Shown: positions 50,392-59,984, counted from the first letter of the stretch. The stretch is 63,777 bases of DNA from an uncultured Maribacter sp. (GCA_964515285.1 CAZEUV010000002.1:6507-70283); one strand, 5' to 3'. Notes: a model not told the origin generated them from the sequence alone. Program-made: numbers and translations.

Positions 50392-51360
50392 TTAGTATCC
50401 GACCTTGCTTCGAACTCTATTGAGTACCTGATCTGCCGTTTTTTTAGCTTTTTCAGCCCCCAAGGCTAAGGCATCATCTATCTCATTAAGATGGCTCATA
50501 TAGTACTCGAATTTTTCACGGGCATCACTGAACCTTTCTAAAATCACCTCATAAAGTGCTTGTTTCGCATGACCGTAGCCATAGTTGCCACCCAAATAAT
50601 TAGAACGCATTTCAGCGATTTGGGTCTTTGAAGCAAGAATTTTGTAGAGAGCGAAGGTAGTATCAATATCAGGATCCTTAGGGTCTTCCATAGAGGTGCT
50701 ATCAGAGAGAATACCCATAATTTGCTTTCGCAATTTTTTATCGGTTTGAAATAGGTTGATAAGGTTTCCTTTACTTTTGCTCATTTTTTCGCCATCGGTG
50801 CCGGGTATGTACATGCTATCTTTCTGTACTTTGGCTTCCGGTAATACAAAAGTCTCTCCAAATTGGCTGTGAAAACGAGAAGCTACGTCGCGGGTCATTT
50901 CTAAATGTTGCAATTGATCCTTTCCAACGGGTACGATATCGGCATCGTACAGTAGAATATCAGCGGCCATTAGCATGGGGTATGAGAATAGTCCGGCATT
51001 TACGTCTTTTAATCGATCGGCCTTGTCCTTGAAAGAATGGGCAAGGGTCAAACGCTGAAATGGAAAAAAACAACTAAGGTACCAAGCCAGTTCTGTTACC
51101 TGCGGCACATCGCTCTGCCGGTAGAAAACGGTTTTATCGATATCAAGCCCGAACGCCAACCATGTAGCTGCTGTGGCATAGGTGTTATGGCGCAATTCTT
51201 CTCCGTTTTTTATTTGGGTGAGCGAATGCATATCTGCAATAAAGAGAAAAGACTCGTTTTTAGAATCCTTTGCCATTTCTATTGCTGGTATGATGGCTCC
51301 TAAAATATTTCCCAAATGGGGTATGCCCGTACTTTGTATGCCCGTTAAGATTCTTGCCAT
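50392..51360 (-). CDS. trpS: Tryptophan--tRNA ligase
   Basis: HLGN, YPMLMAADIL, PVGKDQ, KMSKS; start MARIL; TACCTTTG promoter at 51381-51388. Confidence 0.98.
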   Translation of the reverse strand: MARILTGIQSTGIPHLGNILGAIIPAIEMAKDSKNESFLFIADMHSLTQIKNGEELRHNTYATAATWLAFGLDIDKTVFYRQSDVPQVTELAWYLSCFFPFQRLTLAHSFKDKADRLKDVNAGLFSYPMLMAADILLYDADIVPVGKDQLQHLEMTRDVASRFHSQFGETFVLPEAKVQKDSMYIPGTDGEKMSKSKGNLINLFQTDKKLRKQIMGILSDSTSMEDPKDPDIDTTFALYKILASKTQIAEMRSNYLGGNYGYGHAKQALYEVILERFSDAREKFEYYMSHLNEIDDALALGAEKAKKTADQVLNRVRSKVGY

Positions 51361-51570
51361 ATAGCTGTTCTGAAAGTGTACAAAGGTAAAACAAATCATA
51401 AAAAGGCCGGAGTTGTACAGATACTAATTTTTTCAGATTATGGCCTAGTTTCTTTTCAAGTGATCTTTAGTATCGAATAATAGAAGTCAAACATCTCCTT
51501 TACATAAATTTATAGGTTGACCTGAAGTATAGAGATTAAACACAACTTTTAAATTGCTATTTTTGGTTTC

Positions 51571-52308
51571 ATGCTTGACTTTTTCAAAAACATAGGGTAC
51601 GTGCTGTACCGTATTTGGTTTAATATAATGGTCGCCCTGCCCATTTTTGTATTCTTCCCTTTTTTAGTATTTTTTACTTTGTCCGAAAAATGGTATCCCC
51701 AGTTTTTTTGGTTGATGCGAAATGTTTGGGCCATACCTATTTTATATGGTATGGGCTGTCTGCCAAAAATTGAAAGAGAACAAAAAATGGAGAAGGGCAA
51801 GAGTTATATGTTGGTGGCGAACCATACCAGTATGTTGGATATTATGCTCATGTTGAAGGTCAGCCGAAGTCCTTTTGTTTTTATAGGAAAGAAAGAGTTA
51901 GCGAAAATTCCCGTATTTGGTTTTTTTTTCAAGCGTGTTTGTATCATGGTGGATCGTGAAGACACCAGGAGCAGAACAGGGGTTTATAGGCGGGCCCAAC
52001 GGCGGTTGAACCAAGGGTTGAGTATTTGCATCTTTCCTGAAGGTGGGGTGCCACCAGAGCATATTTTGTTGGATAAATTTAAGGATGGCGCGTTCAAAAT
52101 GGCTATTTCACATACTATTCCAGTAGTGCCGATAACATTTTACGATAACAAAAAACGCTTTTCCTTTACATTCTTAAGTGGTGGGCCAGGTGCGGTGAGA
52201 GCCAAGGTACATACGTTTTTTGAAACAAGCCTACTCGACGAAGAAGATAAAATCACACTTCGCAAAGAGGTGAGGCAGGTTATTTTAGAAGAGTTGATGA
52301 AAGAATAA
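51571..52308 (+). CDS. plsC: 1-acyl-sn-glycerol-3-phosphate acyltransferase family
   Basis: NHTSMLD, FPEG, FKDGAF. Confidence 0.85.
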   Translation: MLDFFKNIGYVLYRIWFNIMVALPIFVFFPFLVFFTLSEKWYPQFFWLMRNVWAIPILYGMGCLPKIEREQKMEKGKSYMLVANHTSMLDIMLMLKVSRSPFVFIGKKELAKIPVFGFFFKRVCIMVDREDTRSRTGVYRRAQRRLNQGLSICIFPEGGVPPEHILLDKFKDGAFKMAISHTIPVVPITFYDNKKRFSFTFLSGGPGAVRAKVHTFFETSLLDEEDKITLRKEVRQVILEELMKE

Positions 52309-52383
52309 ACGCCCCACAAAATCTGCAGAGCGTTTAAAAACCCATTGTTTTTCAACAATGGATAACCAACCAACTTTGTGTTA

Positions 52384-52543
52384 TACCAATTTAACCATAA
52401 AACGTTACATATAAATCTTTTCTTTTATGCTTGCCCGTCGTTAATAAATAGAACCGTAGCTATGGCTATGCTTATTTTTTTTGCCTAAGTCAAACTAAAA
52501 ATAATTCAATTTATTTATGCATCATTTTATAATTAAATTGGTA
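52384..52543. mobile_element. MITE-like 160-bp element with terminal inverted repeats
   Basis: Perfect 11-bp TIR taccaatttaa/ttaaattggta, 18/21 when extended; no ORF. Confidence 0.55.
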
Positions 52544-52572
52544 CTACCTCTTGCCTTTTTGGTGCAAGAAGC

Positions 52573-54129
52573 TTAAAATTTAAAACTCAGACCACTGTAA
52601 ACACCTATTGAAAAGGGCTGAAATGTACCATCGGTTTCCGAAAAGGTATTCAGGTGGTATTTAAAGACAGGTTCTATGTTGAATTGTACCTTGTTCGAAA
52701 ATTTATAGTTTATGCCAAAACCTATGTTGGTGCTGAAATCGACCTTGTTCAGGTTATTGGCCTCACCTATTTCAGTTGTCAATTCCCCTGATGTTAGGGA
52801 AATGGAATTGTCGATCAAAAACAACGAACTAACACCTGCAATAAGGTTTATGCCAAGCCGATTGTCGATTACGGCATAGTTGAGTTCCATAGGCACTTCT
52901 AAATACCCGAATTCTTGCGCCATGATGCCCTCTCGTGAAGCACTTTTGGCCGAAATAGCATCTTGAGACGAGAAAAGAGGGCTTTCAGATTGTACACCTG
53001 CACGGGGGGTAGTACTGGTCTTACTGCCCACAATAATATTTTTAGAGGCCAACGTATAATCGACATTGGCTATTTGTCCATTGACCGAGCCCAAAGAAGA
53101 GGAAAATTCAACATCGTTCGTATTATAGCCATAATCGACCTTATGAAGACCCGACCGAATGCTCAGCTTTTTGCTTATTTCATAAGCGACCGAAAGGCCA
53201 TAACTGAGATTGATATTACCCGATTTTGAATTGGGAACGAAAATAGTGCTTATGGGCGAACCTTCACCAATAGCATCGTAATAGACGGGGGCTATGCTAG
53301 GCCCAGCCGACCATTTAGACTCCCCGTTTTTTACCAAGACCTCTTCTTCTTTTTGTGAAGCAATTTCATCGAAGATCGATTTTTTCTTTGGTTCTTCTAC
53401 ATCCTCTTTGACGGTTTTCTTTTCAAGCTGAGCAATAGCCTCTTTTTCGGTCTTTTCAATGATTTCTTGTTTCAAAACACTTTTTGAATCAGTACTTATG
53501 CCATTCGAAGCATCTTGTTTTTCAATAGAATTACGATTGTCGATCTTATCGGTTATCGCTAAAGATGTCTCATTACTTTTAGGTTCGCTGTTTGAATAGG
53601 TATTCGATGTGGTTGTAGGGTCGACCTTTTCAGTAGATTGGTTATTGCGCTTAACATTGGTAATCTGGTTCTCTTGCTCGCTTAAGATATCAGCTGGGTC
53701 GATATGAGTAACATTTTTAGTGTTCGTTGATTTTACACGTGCATTGGTATCGATTGTTTGATTTGAAGAACCCTCATCTATACCATTTTGATGATTTGTA
53801 TCGGGTTGTTTTTCTACATCTACTATTTGTACATCATTGCGGATTGGTTTTTCAAAAGAATTTTCGATTTCTTTTTCTTGAGTATTTTCCACCCCGGTTA
53901 CCACGGGGTTAGAAATATCAGCAATGCTCTTAAAGGGATTAAAGACGTACAGTGAAATGGCCAATAGTGCTGCAACCCCTCCTAATTTCCACCAAAAGGG
54001 AATGATTTTACGTGATCTTTTCTTTTCGTTCAAAGATGCCTCGATCGAACGCCATACATTATGGGGGGGAGCTTCAGAGAAATTTTTTAGTTTCTCTTGA
54101 AACAGTTTGTCTATATTTTTCTTACCCAT
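52573..54129 (-). CDS. Putative dual-membrane-spanning anti-sigma factor (cytoplasmic N-terminus, TM, long linker, outer-membrane beta-barrel)
   Basis: IDKLFQEKL..P...W..I N-terminus, TM, ~200-aa polar linker, PorT-like barrel (YLEVP, EP.FKY) ending GLSFKF. Confidence 0.75.
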   Translation of the reverse strand: MGKKNIDKLFQEKLKNFSEAPPHNVWRSIEASLNEKKRSRKIIPFWWKLGGVAALLAISLYVFNPFKSIADISNPVVTGVENTQEKEIENSFEKPIRNDVQIVDVEKQPDTNHQNGIDEGSSNQTIDTNARVKSTNTKNVTHIDPADILSEQENQITNVKRNNQSTEKVDPTTTSNTYSNSEPKSNETSLAITDKIDNRNSIEKQDASNGISTDSKSVLKQEIIEKTEKEAIAQLEKKTVKEDVEEPKKKSIFDEIASQKEEEVLVKNGESKWSAGPSIAPVYYDAIGEGSPISTIFVPNSKSGNINLSYGLSVAYEISKKLSIRSGLHKVDYGYNTNDVEFSSSLGSVNGQIANVDYTLASKNIIVGSKTSTTPRAGVQSESPLFSSQDAISAKSASREGIMAQEFGYLEVPMELNYAVIDNRLGINLIAGVSSLFLIDNSISLTSGELTTEIGEANNLNKVDFSTNIGFGINYKFSNKVQFNIEPVFKYHLNTFSETDGTFQPFSIGVYSGLSFKF

Positions 54130-54200
54130 TTTTAGTTGTTTTAGGTAGTGGTGTTTTTTTGATAATTTGTTTTTTCACCGGTCATAGCACATCCTTATTA

Positions 54201-54761
54201 TTATGTAAAATAAAAGATAAGCAGGCCGATAATGGCTTTGTTGTGTTCTGTATTTATTTTTTCTCTTAAGATTGTTCTCGCGCGTGCAAGATTTGATTTT
54301 GATGTTCCTGTTGATGTCCCTAATTGTTCGCTGATTTCTTTATGTGAATATCCATCCAAAACATACATATTGAATGTTATTCGGTATTTGTTCGGTAATT
54401 CTTGAATGTACCTTAACAAGGCCTGAATGCCTATGTCGACATAACCAGAATCGATTTCCACAACTTCTTCCTCATTTTCAGAAACCACGTTCAAATGTTC
54501 TTCTTTTCTATATTTTTGCAATACGGTGTTCACGGTTATTCGCTTCATCCATCCTTCAAAAGACCCTTTAAAACCGTATTGATCTATTTTTTCATAAATG
54601 GTCATAAAACTATCGTGAAGATTGTCTTCTGCCTCGGTTTTATTGCGTGAGTACTTGAGGCAGATACCGAACAGTATATTAGAATATTTCCTATATAGTT
54701 GTTCTTGTGCCTTTCTATCCCCTTTCTTACAATGGTTTACGAGCTCTTCCAGTTTTAAAAT
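54201..54761 (-). CDS. ECF sigma factor (start codon non-canonical)
   Basis: Frame extends upstream of ATG 54605 as LKLEELVNHCKKGDRKAQEQLYRKYSNILFGICLKYSRNKTEAEDNLHDSF; SFEGWMKRI, SKSNLARAR; start approximate. Confidence 0.85.
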   Translation of the reverse strand: MLKLEELVNHCKKGDRKAQEQLYRKYSNILFGICLKYSRNKTEAEDNLHDSFMTIYEKIDQYGFKGSFEGWMKRITVNTVLQKYRKEEHLNVVSENEEEVVEIDSGYVDIGIQALLRYIQELPNKYRITFNMYVLDGYSHKEISEQLGTSTGTSKSNLARARTILREKINTEHNKAIIGLLIFYFT

Positions 54762-54790
54762 GTTGGTTAGGTTGAGACTTGGTCTAGGCC

Positions 54791-55210
54791 CTAGCTTACC
54801 GGAACCTCTACCTCAAAATACTCTTGTTCGCCATTTGTGTTTTCACCCTTCCAAAAGCGAAATACATAGGTATGATTGTAAAGTACGATAAAATCGAACG
54901 TTCGGGTCTCTTCGACTATGGCTTGGGTACAATTCGTTTGATCGGTTCGGGCAGTGCCTATGACCACAACATTACGTGTTGTAATCTCTTTATCAACGAT
55001 ATCGAAACCAGCGAAGCTAGTACACCCATCTGGTTTCATATAGGTTACGCTAATTCGGTATGTATGATCGAGGTCAAACGATTCCGGCAATTCAGCACTT
55101 ACTATTTGTAGTGGCACGAAACTAAAATTCGATTCATTTTCAACACTACACGAACTGACCAGCAGTATTGCAGTACTTAGCAAAAATGTATAAAAGAACC
55201 TTTTCATCAT
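54791..55210 (-). CDS. Lipoprotein heading the ECF operon
   Basis: Lipobox VSSC, ELPESF, two further Cys, Y.FRFW.G. Confidence 0.8.
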   Translation of the reverse strand: MMKRFFYTFLLSTAILLVSSCSVENESNFSFVPLQIVSAELPESFDLDHTYRISVTYMKPDGCTSFAGFDIVDKEITTRNVVVIGTARTDQTNCTQAIVEETRTFDFIVLYNHTYVFRFWKGENTNGEQEYFEVEVPVS

Positions 55211-55226
55211 CAAACGTTTGCCTTTA

Positions 55227-55254
55227 AGATGTAAGCAAGGGGCAAAGGTTGCGT
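55227..55254 (-). promoter_or_regulatory. Putative ECF promoter of the lipoprotein-sigma-anti-sigma operon
   Basis: GCAACC-N15-CATCT; same motif recurs at 56347-56374. Confidence 0.65.
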
Positions 55255-55284
55255 TGTAAAGAAGAATATGACCTGTTAAAATAT

Positions 55285-56289
55285 TTAATTCACTGTGGCG
55301 ATGGCTTCCCGTATCTTGGCTTCCAGCTCATCAAAAAGTTCAGGGTTGTCCATCAAAATGGCTTTGACCCCATCACGGCCTTGCCCCAGTTTGGTATCAC
55401 CATAACTGAACCACGACCCACTTTTTTTAATGATTTCGTATTCGACCCCAAGGTCGATGATCTCACCCACTTTTGAGATGCCGACACCGTACATAATATC
55501 GAATTCGGTGGTTCTAAAAGGAGGCGCTACTTTGTTCTTGACTACTTTTACCCGTGTTTTGTTGCCCAATACGCGACCATCGGTATCTTTTATCTGTGTT
55601 GACCTTCTAATATCCAACCTTACAGAGGCATAAAACTTAAGTGCATTGCCCCCAGTAGTGGTTTCGGGGTTTCCGAACACAATCCCTATTTTTTCTCTCA
55701 ATTGGTTAATGAACATTACCGTACAATGGGTTTTGCTGATAGATCCTGTCAATTTTCTCAAGGCCTGTGACATCAATCTTGCATGAAGTCCCATTTTCGA
55801 GTCTCCCATTTCACCTTCGATCTCACTTTTAGGGGTCAGGGCCGCAACTGAATCGATAACCACAATATCAATAGCTCCTGAACGTATCAAATTATCAACG
55901 ATTTCGAGAGCCTGTTCCCCATTGTCGGGTTGAGAAATTATTAAGTTATCGATATCAACACCTAATTTTTCAGCATAAAAACGATCAAATGCATGTTCTG
56001 CATCGATAAAAGCTGCAATGCCCCCTTGTTTTTGAGCTTCTGCGATGGCATGAAGCGTCAAAGTGGTCTTACCAGAAGATTCGGGGCCATAGACCTCAAC
56101 AACCCTTCCACGCGGGTATCCCCCAACGCCCAACGCAATATCCAAACCCAAAGAACCTGAAGGGATTACGTCGATGTCCTCAAACACAGTATCCCCCATT
56201 TTCATGACAGTACCTTTACCGTAGGTTTTGTCTAATTTGTCAAGTGTCAACTTTAGGGCTTTTAGCTTTGCTTCTTTGTCAGAACTCAT
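55285..56289 (-). CDS. recA: Recombinase RecA
   Basis: [39 protein letters not shown]; start MSSDKE. Confidence 0.99.
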   Translation of the reverse strand: MSSDKEAKLKALKLTLDKLDKTYGKGTVMKMGDTVFEDIDVIPSGSLGLDIALGVGGYPRGRVVEVYGPESSGKTTLTLHAIAEAQKQGGIAAFIDAEHAFDRFYAEKLGVDIDNLIISQPDNGEQALEIVDNLIRSGAIDIVVIDSVAALTPKSEIEGEMGDSKMGLHARLMSQALRKLTGSISKTHCTVMFINQLREKIGIVFGNPETTTGGNALKFYASVRLDIRRSTQIKDTDGRVLGNKTRVKVVKNKVAPPFRTTEFDIMYGVGISKVGEIIDLGVEYEIIKKSGSWFSYGDTKLGQGRDGVKAILMDNPELFDELEAKIREAIATVN

Positions 56290-56346
56290 TTTTTCTCGTA
56301 TTAGGGATGCTAAATTAGCATTTCTTTTTGCATATAACAATGCCCC

Positions 56347-56374
56347 ACGCAACCTTTTTGAAAAAGGTGCATCT
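56347..56374 (+). promoter_or_regulatory. Putative ECF promoter, divergent from recA
   Basis: ACGCAACCTTT-N12-CATCT, same conserved bases and spacing as 55227-55254. Confidence 0.6.
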
Positions 56375-56379
56375 AATAT

Positions 56380-56538
56380 AAAAAAGCACATACTAACTCA
56401 ATGTGATATCCACTATTTTACTCATTAGTGGGCAACGGTGGTCTATTCCTTATCGAGTACTTCTGAAATCGCTATGAGGAAGAAAACAAGGAACGGCCGA
56501 TTAAAGAGTCTTGATTACTTCAAGGCTCTTTTCTTTTA
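56380..56538 (+). ncRNA. Putative ECF-dependent small RNA (or small-ORF transcript)
   Basis: Lies between ECF-type promoter and intrinsic terminator; several hairpins; downstream gene has its own promoter. Confidence 0.45.
56503..56537 (+). terminator. Intrinsic terminator
   Basis: aaagagtcttga/tcaaggctcttt 12-bp stem (one G-U) plus T-rich tail. Confidence 0.75.
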
Positions 56539-56644
56539 GTATATGTTGAAAACACTAAGGGTGTTGTTTACCGAGACAATAATCCGATATGATTTTCATA
56601 TAAAAAGGTATCTTTGTAGCACGAAAAAACAGGGTAGGTTGTTT

Positions 56645-57901
56645 ATGAAAGACAGAGGAAAAATTGAGTTAATGGCACCTGCGGGAAGTTTTGAGTCATT
56701 GCAGGCAGCACTTGACAACGGGGCGGATTCTGTTTATTTTGGTGTAGAACAACTTAATATGAGAGCTAGGGCTTCCATTAATTTTACCTTAGATGATTTA
56801 AAGGAAATATCAAGAAGATGTGATGAAAAAGGGGTGCGTACTTATTTGACTTTGAATACCATTATTTACGATCATGATCTATCCATAGTAAAAACACTTA
56901 TCGTTAAAGCGAAAAAGGCAAAAATCACAGCGGTCATTGCCATGGACCAGGCTGTAATTCAAGTTGCTCGTGCAGAAGAAATGGAAGTGCACATTTCAAC
57001 ACAGATCAATATCACCAACATTGAAACGTTAAAATTTTATGCTCTATTTGCCGATACCGTAGTGTTGAGTAGAGAATTGAGCTTGCGACAAGTAAGACAT
57101 ATTACCGAACAAGTAAAAAAACAAGGGATAAAAGGGCCGTCGGGCCGTTTGGTCGAAATTGAGATATTTGGGCACGGGGCATTGTGTATGGCGGTATCGG
57201 GCAAATGCTATATGAGTTTACATTCATACAATTCATCGGCAAACAGAGGCGCCTGTAAACAAAATTGCAGAAAAAAATACACGGTAATCGATCAAGAAAC
57301 CGGGTTTGAGATGGAGCTTGATAATGAGTACATAATGTCACCAAAAGATTTGTGCACCATTGATTTTTTAGACCAAATAGCAGAGGCGGGTATTTCAGTA
57401 TTAAAGATTGAGGGTAGGGGCAGGGCGCCTGAGTATGTCGCCAAGGTAATTAAGTGTTATCGAGATGCCATTGATAGCATTGCAGAAGGAAATTACAATA
57501 GAGAAAAAGTTATTTCTTGGATGCAAGAGCTGGAAAAAGTCTACAATCGCGGTTTTTGGAACGGGTATTACCTAGGTCAGAAACTGGGGGAGTGGAGTAA
57601 AGAACCTGGCTCTAATGCAACTCAAAAGAAGGTATATGTGGGCAAGGGGATGCATTTTTTTCCGAAATCGAATATTGCCGAGTTTAAAATTGAAGCCTAC
57701 TCAATTGCTTTGGGAGATACCATAATGGTAACGGGCCCAACTACTGGGGTTGAAGAGTTGAAACTAAAAGAAATGTACGTGAACGATGAGCAAGGAAACA
57801 CTGCGGTCAAAGGTGATTCTGTTACCATACCGTTGAAATTCAGGATTAGACCTTCTGACAAGCTCTATAAAATTGTGACAACAGAATTCGCAAAAGCGTA
57901 A
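56645..57901 (+). CDS. Peptidase U32-family Fe-S protein (TrhP/RlhA-like RNA hydroxylase)
   Basis: ELMAPAG, GADSVYFG, HGALCMAVSGKC, NRGACKQNCR, LKIEGR; TATCTTTG promoter at 56609-56616; start MKDRGK. Confidence 0.88.
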   Translation: MKDRGKIELMAPAGSFESLQAALDNGADSVYFGVEQLNMRARASINFTLDDLKEISRRCDEKGVRTYLTLNTIIYDHDLSIVKTLIVKAKKAKITAVIAMDQAVIQVARAEEMEVHISTQINITNIETLKFYALFADTVVLSRELSLRQVRHITEQVKKQGIKGPSGRLVEIEIFGHGALCMAVSGKCYMSLHSYNSSANRGACKQNCRKKYTVIDQETGFEMELDNEYIMSPKDLCTIDFLDQIAEAGISVLKIEGRGRAPEYVAKVIKCYRDAIDSIAEGNYNREKVISWMQELEKVYNRGFWNGYYLGQKLGEWSKEPGSNATQKKVYVGKGMHFFPKSNIAEFKIEAYSIALGDTIMVTGPTTGVEELKLKEMYVNDEQGNTAVKGDSVTIPLKFRIRPSDKLYKIVTTEFAKA

Positions 57902-58131
57902 TGGTTGTCGTCACCCTGCAAAGAGCTAAGTGTATTGGCTGCAACTATTGTGTTGAACTCGCACCTGACCATTTTAAAATGTCAAAAAAAGATGGTAAAT
58001 GTGTTTTGTTGCACAGTACTGAAAAAAAAGGGTTTTTCACCATAAAATCACATGATAATAGCATCTATGAATCTTGTGTAAAGGCACAAAAATCGTGTCC
58101 GGTAAAAATAATCACAACCAAGAAAACCTGA
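57901..58131 (+). CDS. Ferredoxin
   Basis: CIGCNYC...CP; TAATG coupling to the U32 gene. Confidence 0.88.
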   Translation: MVVVTLQRAKCIGCNYCVELAPDHFKMSKKDGKCVLLHSTEKKGFFTIKSHDNSIYESCVKAQKSCPVKIITTKKT

Positions 58132-58269
58132 TGCAATTATAGTAAATAGGAAAAGGCTTGTAACCCCAACTTTCTTACCATCACAAATTATACTATCTTT
58201 ACTTTCTAGTTTAATATGAACCTTTTTTGGCAGAAAACATTCGTTTTTTACCAAACCAAGATATAAAAT

Positions 58270-59502
58270 ATGGGTTGTAGCAGTTGTTCGACCTCTAAGG
58301 ACGGACAGCCACGTGGATGCAAGAACAACGGCACCTGTGGTACCGATGGTTGTAATAAATTGACGGTTTTTGACTGGCTTTCGAATATGTCGCTACCAAA
58401 TGGCGAAAAATCATTTGACTGTGTTGAAGTGCGATTTAAGAACAGCAGAAAAGAATTTTTCAGAAATTCTGAGAACCTCTCCCTTTCTATTGGCGATGTT
58501 GTAGCTACTCAAGCACAATCAGGTCATGATATTGGTATGGTAACCCTTGTGGGCGAATTGGTGAAAGTACAGATGAAGCGCAAAAAAGTGGATTTTAATG
58601 ATTCTGAACTACCAAAAGCGTATCGAAAGGCAACACAAAAAGACATTGATATTTGGCAGCGATGTAGAGATCGTGAAGGCGAGATAAAGAAGCGCGCCAG
58701 AGAGATTGCCATCATTTTAAAGCTTCAAATGAAGATTTCAGATGTTGAATTTCAAGGCGATGGTTCTAAGGCAACATTTTATTATACCGCAGAAGAGCGT
58801 GTAGATTTTCGCCAGTTGATAAAAGACATGGCGAAGGCCTTTGGGATCCGTATTGAAATGCGGCAGATAGGGTATCGCCAAGAAGCGCAGCGTTTGGGAG
58901 GAATAGGGTCTTGTGGCAGAGAATTGTGCTGCTCAACTTGGTTGACCGATTTCAGATCAGTAAGCACCTCGGCAGCGCGATACCAGCAATTGTCGCTGAA
59001 TCCTGAAAAATTAGCGGGACAATGTGGTAAGCTCAAATGTTGCTTGAACTTTGAGTTGGATGTTTATTTAGATGCATTAAAAGATTTTCCGTCACAAAAC
59101 ACAAAACTCCTTACCGAAAAGGGATTGGCATTTTGTCAAAAAACCGATATTTTCAAATCTACACTTTGGTTCTCTTACAAAGAAGACCCTGCCAATTGGC
59201 ACGTGCTATCAAAAGAGCAGGTGAATGAAATTTTGGAGAAAAATAAGAAAAAAGAAAAAGTTGCAAGTCTTGAAGAGTATGCTGTAGAGCATATAATCGA
59301 AGTGAAGCCGGTCTTTGAAAATGTAGTGGGCCAAGATAGCCTTACCCGTTTTGACAAGCCTAAACACAGCAAGAAAAGCCGAAATAGAAACAAAAAACGT
59401 AATAACAACAATCAAAACAAAAACAGGGCAAACAACTCAAATAGTCGTAAGGGCAAAAGAAATCATTCGAACAAACCGAATAGAAACCCAAAAAATGCTT
59501 AG
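58270..59502 (+). CDS. ricT: PSP1-domain/RicT (YaaT) Fe-S protein
   Basis: Cys-rich N-terminus, RVDFRQL, GSCGRELCC, CGKLKCCLNFE, Asn/Lys/Arg-rich tail. Confidence 0.85.
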   Translation: MGCSSCSTSKDGQPRGCKNNGTCGTDGCNKLTVFDWLSNMSLPNGEKSFDCVEVRFKNSRKEFFRNSENLSLSIGDVVATQAQSGHDIGMVTLVGELVKVQMKRKKVDFNDSELPKAYRKATQKDIDIWQRCRDREGEIKKRAREIAIILKLQMKISDVEFQGDGSKATFYYTAEERVDFRQLIKDMAKAFGIRIEMRQIGYRQEAQRLGGIGSCGRELCCSTWLTDFRSVSTSAARYQQLSLNPEKLAGQCGKLKCCLNFELDVYLDALKDFPSQNTKLLTEKGLAFCQKTDIFKSTLWFSYKEDPANWHVLSKEQVNEILEKNKKKEKVASLEEYAVEHIIEVKPVFENVVGQDSLTRFDKPKHSKKSRNRNKKRNNNNQNKNRANNSNSRKGKRNHSNKPNRNPKNA

Positions 59503-59980
59503 GAATTTATGTGCCATACTAGCTCTTTCAGTGGTAGTTTCCTGTAGTGATGGTATGGTCAAATCTGAATTTCGGGCCACTGACAATGGGGTGTGGGCGA
59601 AGGACGATGTCATTGAATTTACCTTCTCAAAAATCGATACGATTCGAAAACATGATATGTTCATCAATGTGAGAAATGATGAAAATTTTCCGTACAACAA
59701 TCTTTTTTTGATAGCAGAACTCAATTTTCCCAGTGGGGAAACTGTTACCGATACTTTAGAGTATGAAATGGCCCTGCCCGATGGCACTTGGTTGGGCAAG
59801 GGGTACGGAAGCCTTAAAGAAAGTAGATTGTGGTATAAAGAGAACATCGTTTTTCATTCGGCTGGCGTATATACCTTACGTTTCACACATGCCATGCGAA
59901 AAAACGGCAATGTTGACGGCGTGGTCAACCTTGAGGGCATTACCGATGTAGGTTTCGAAATTGTACAAAGCAAAAAATAA
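59495..59980 (+). CDS. gldH: Gliding motility lipoprotein GldH
   Basis: Lipobox VVSC, YNNLFL, DTLEY...DG.WLG.G, GITDVG. Confidence 0.9.
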   Translation: MLRNLCAILALSVVVSCSDGMVKSEFRATDNGVWAKDDVIEFTFSKIDTIRKHDMFINVRNDENFPYNNLFLIAELNFPSGETVTDTLEYEMALPDGTWLGKGYGSLKESRLWYKENIVFHSAGVYTLRFTHAMRKNGNVDGVVNLEGITDVGFEIVQSKK

Positions 59981-59984
59981 AAAT

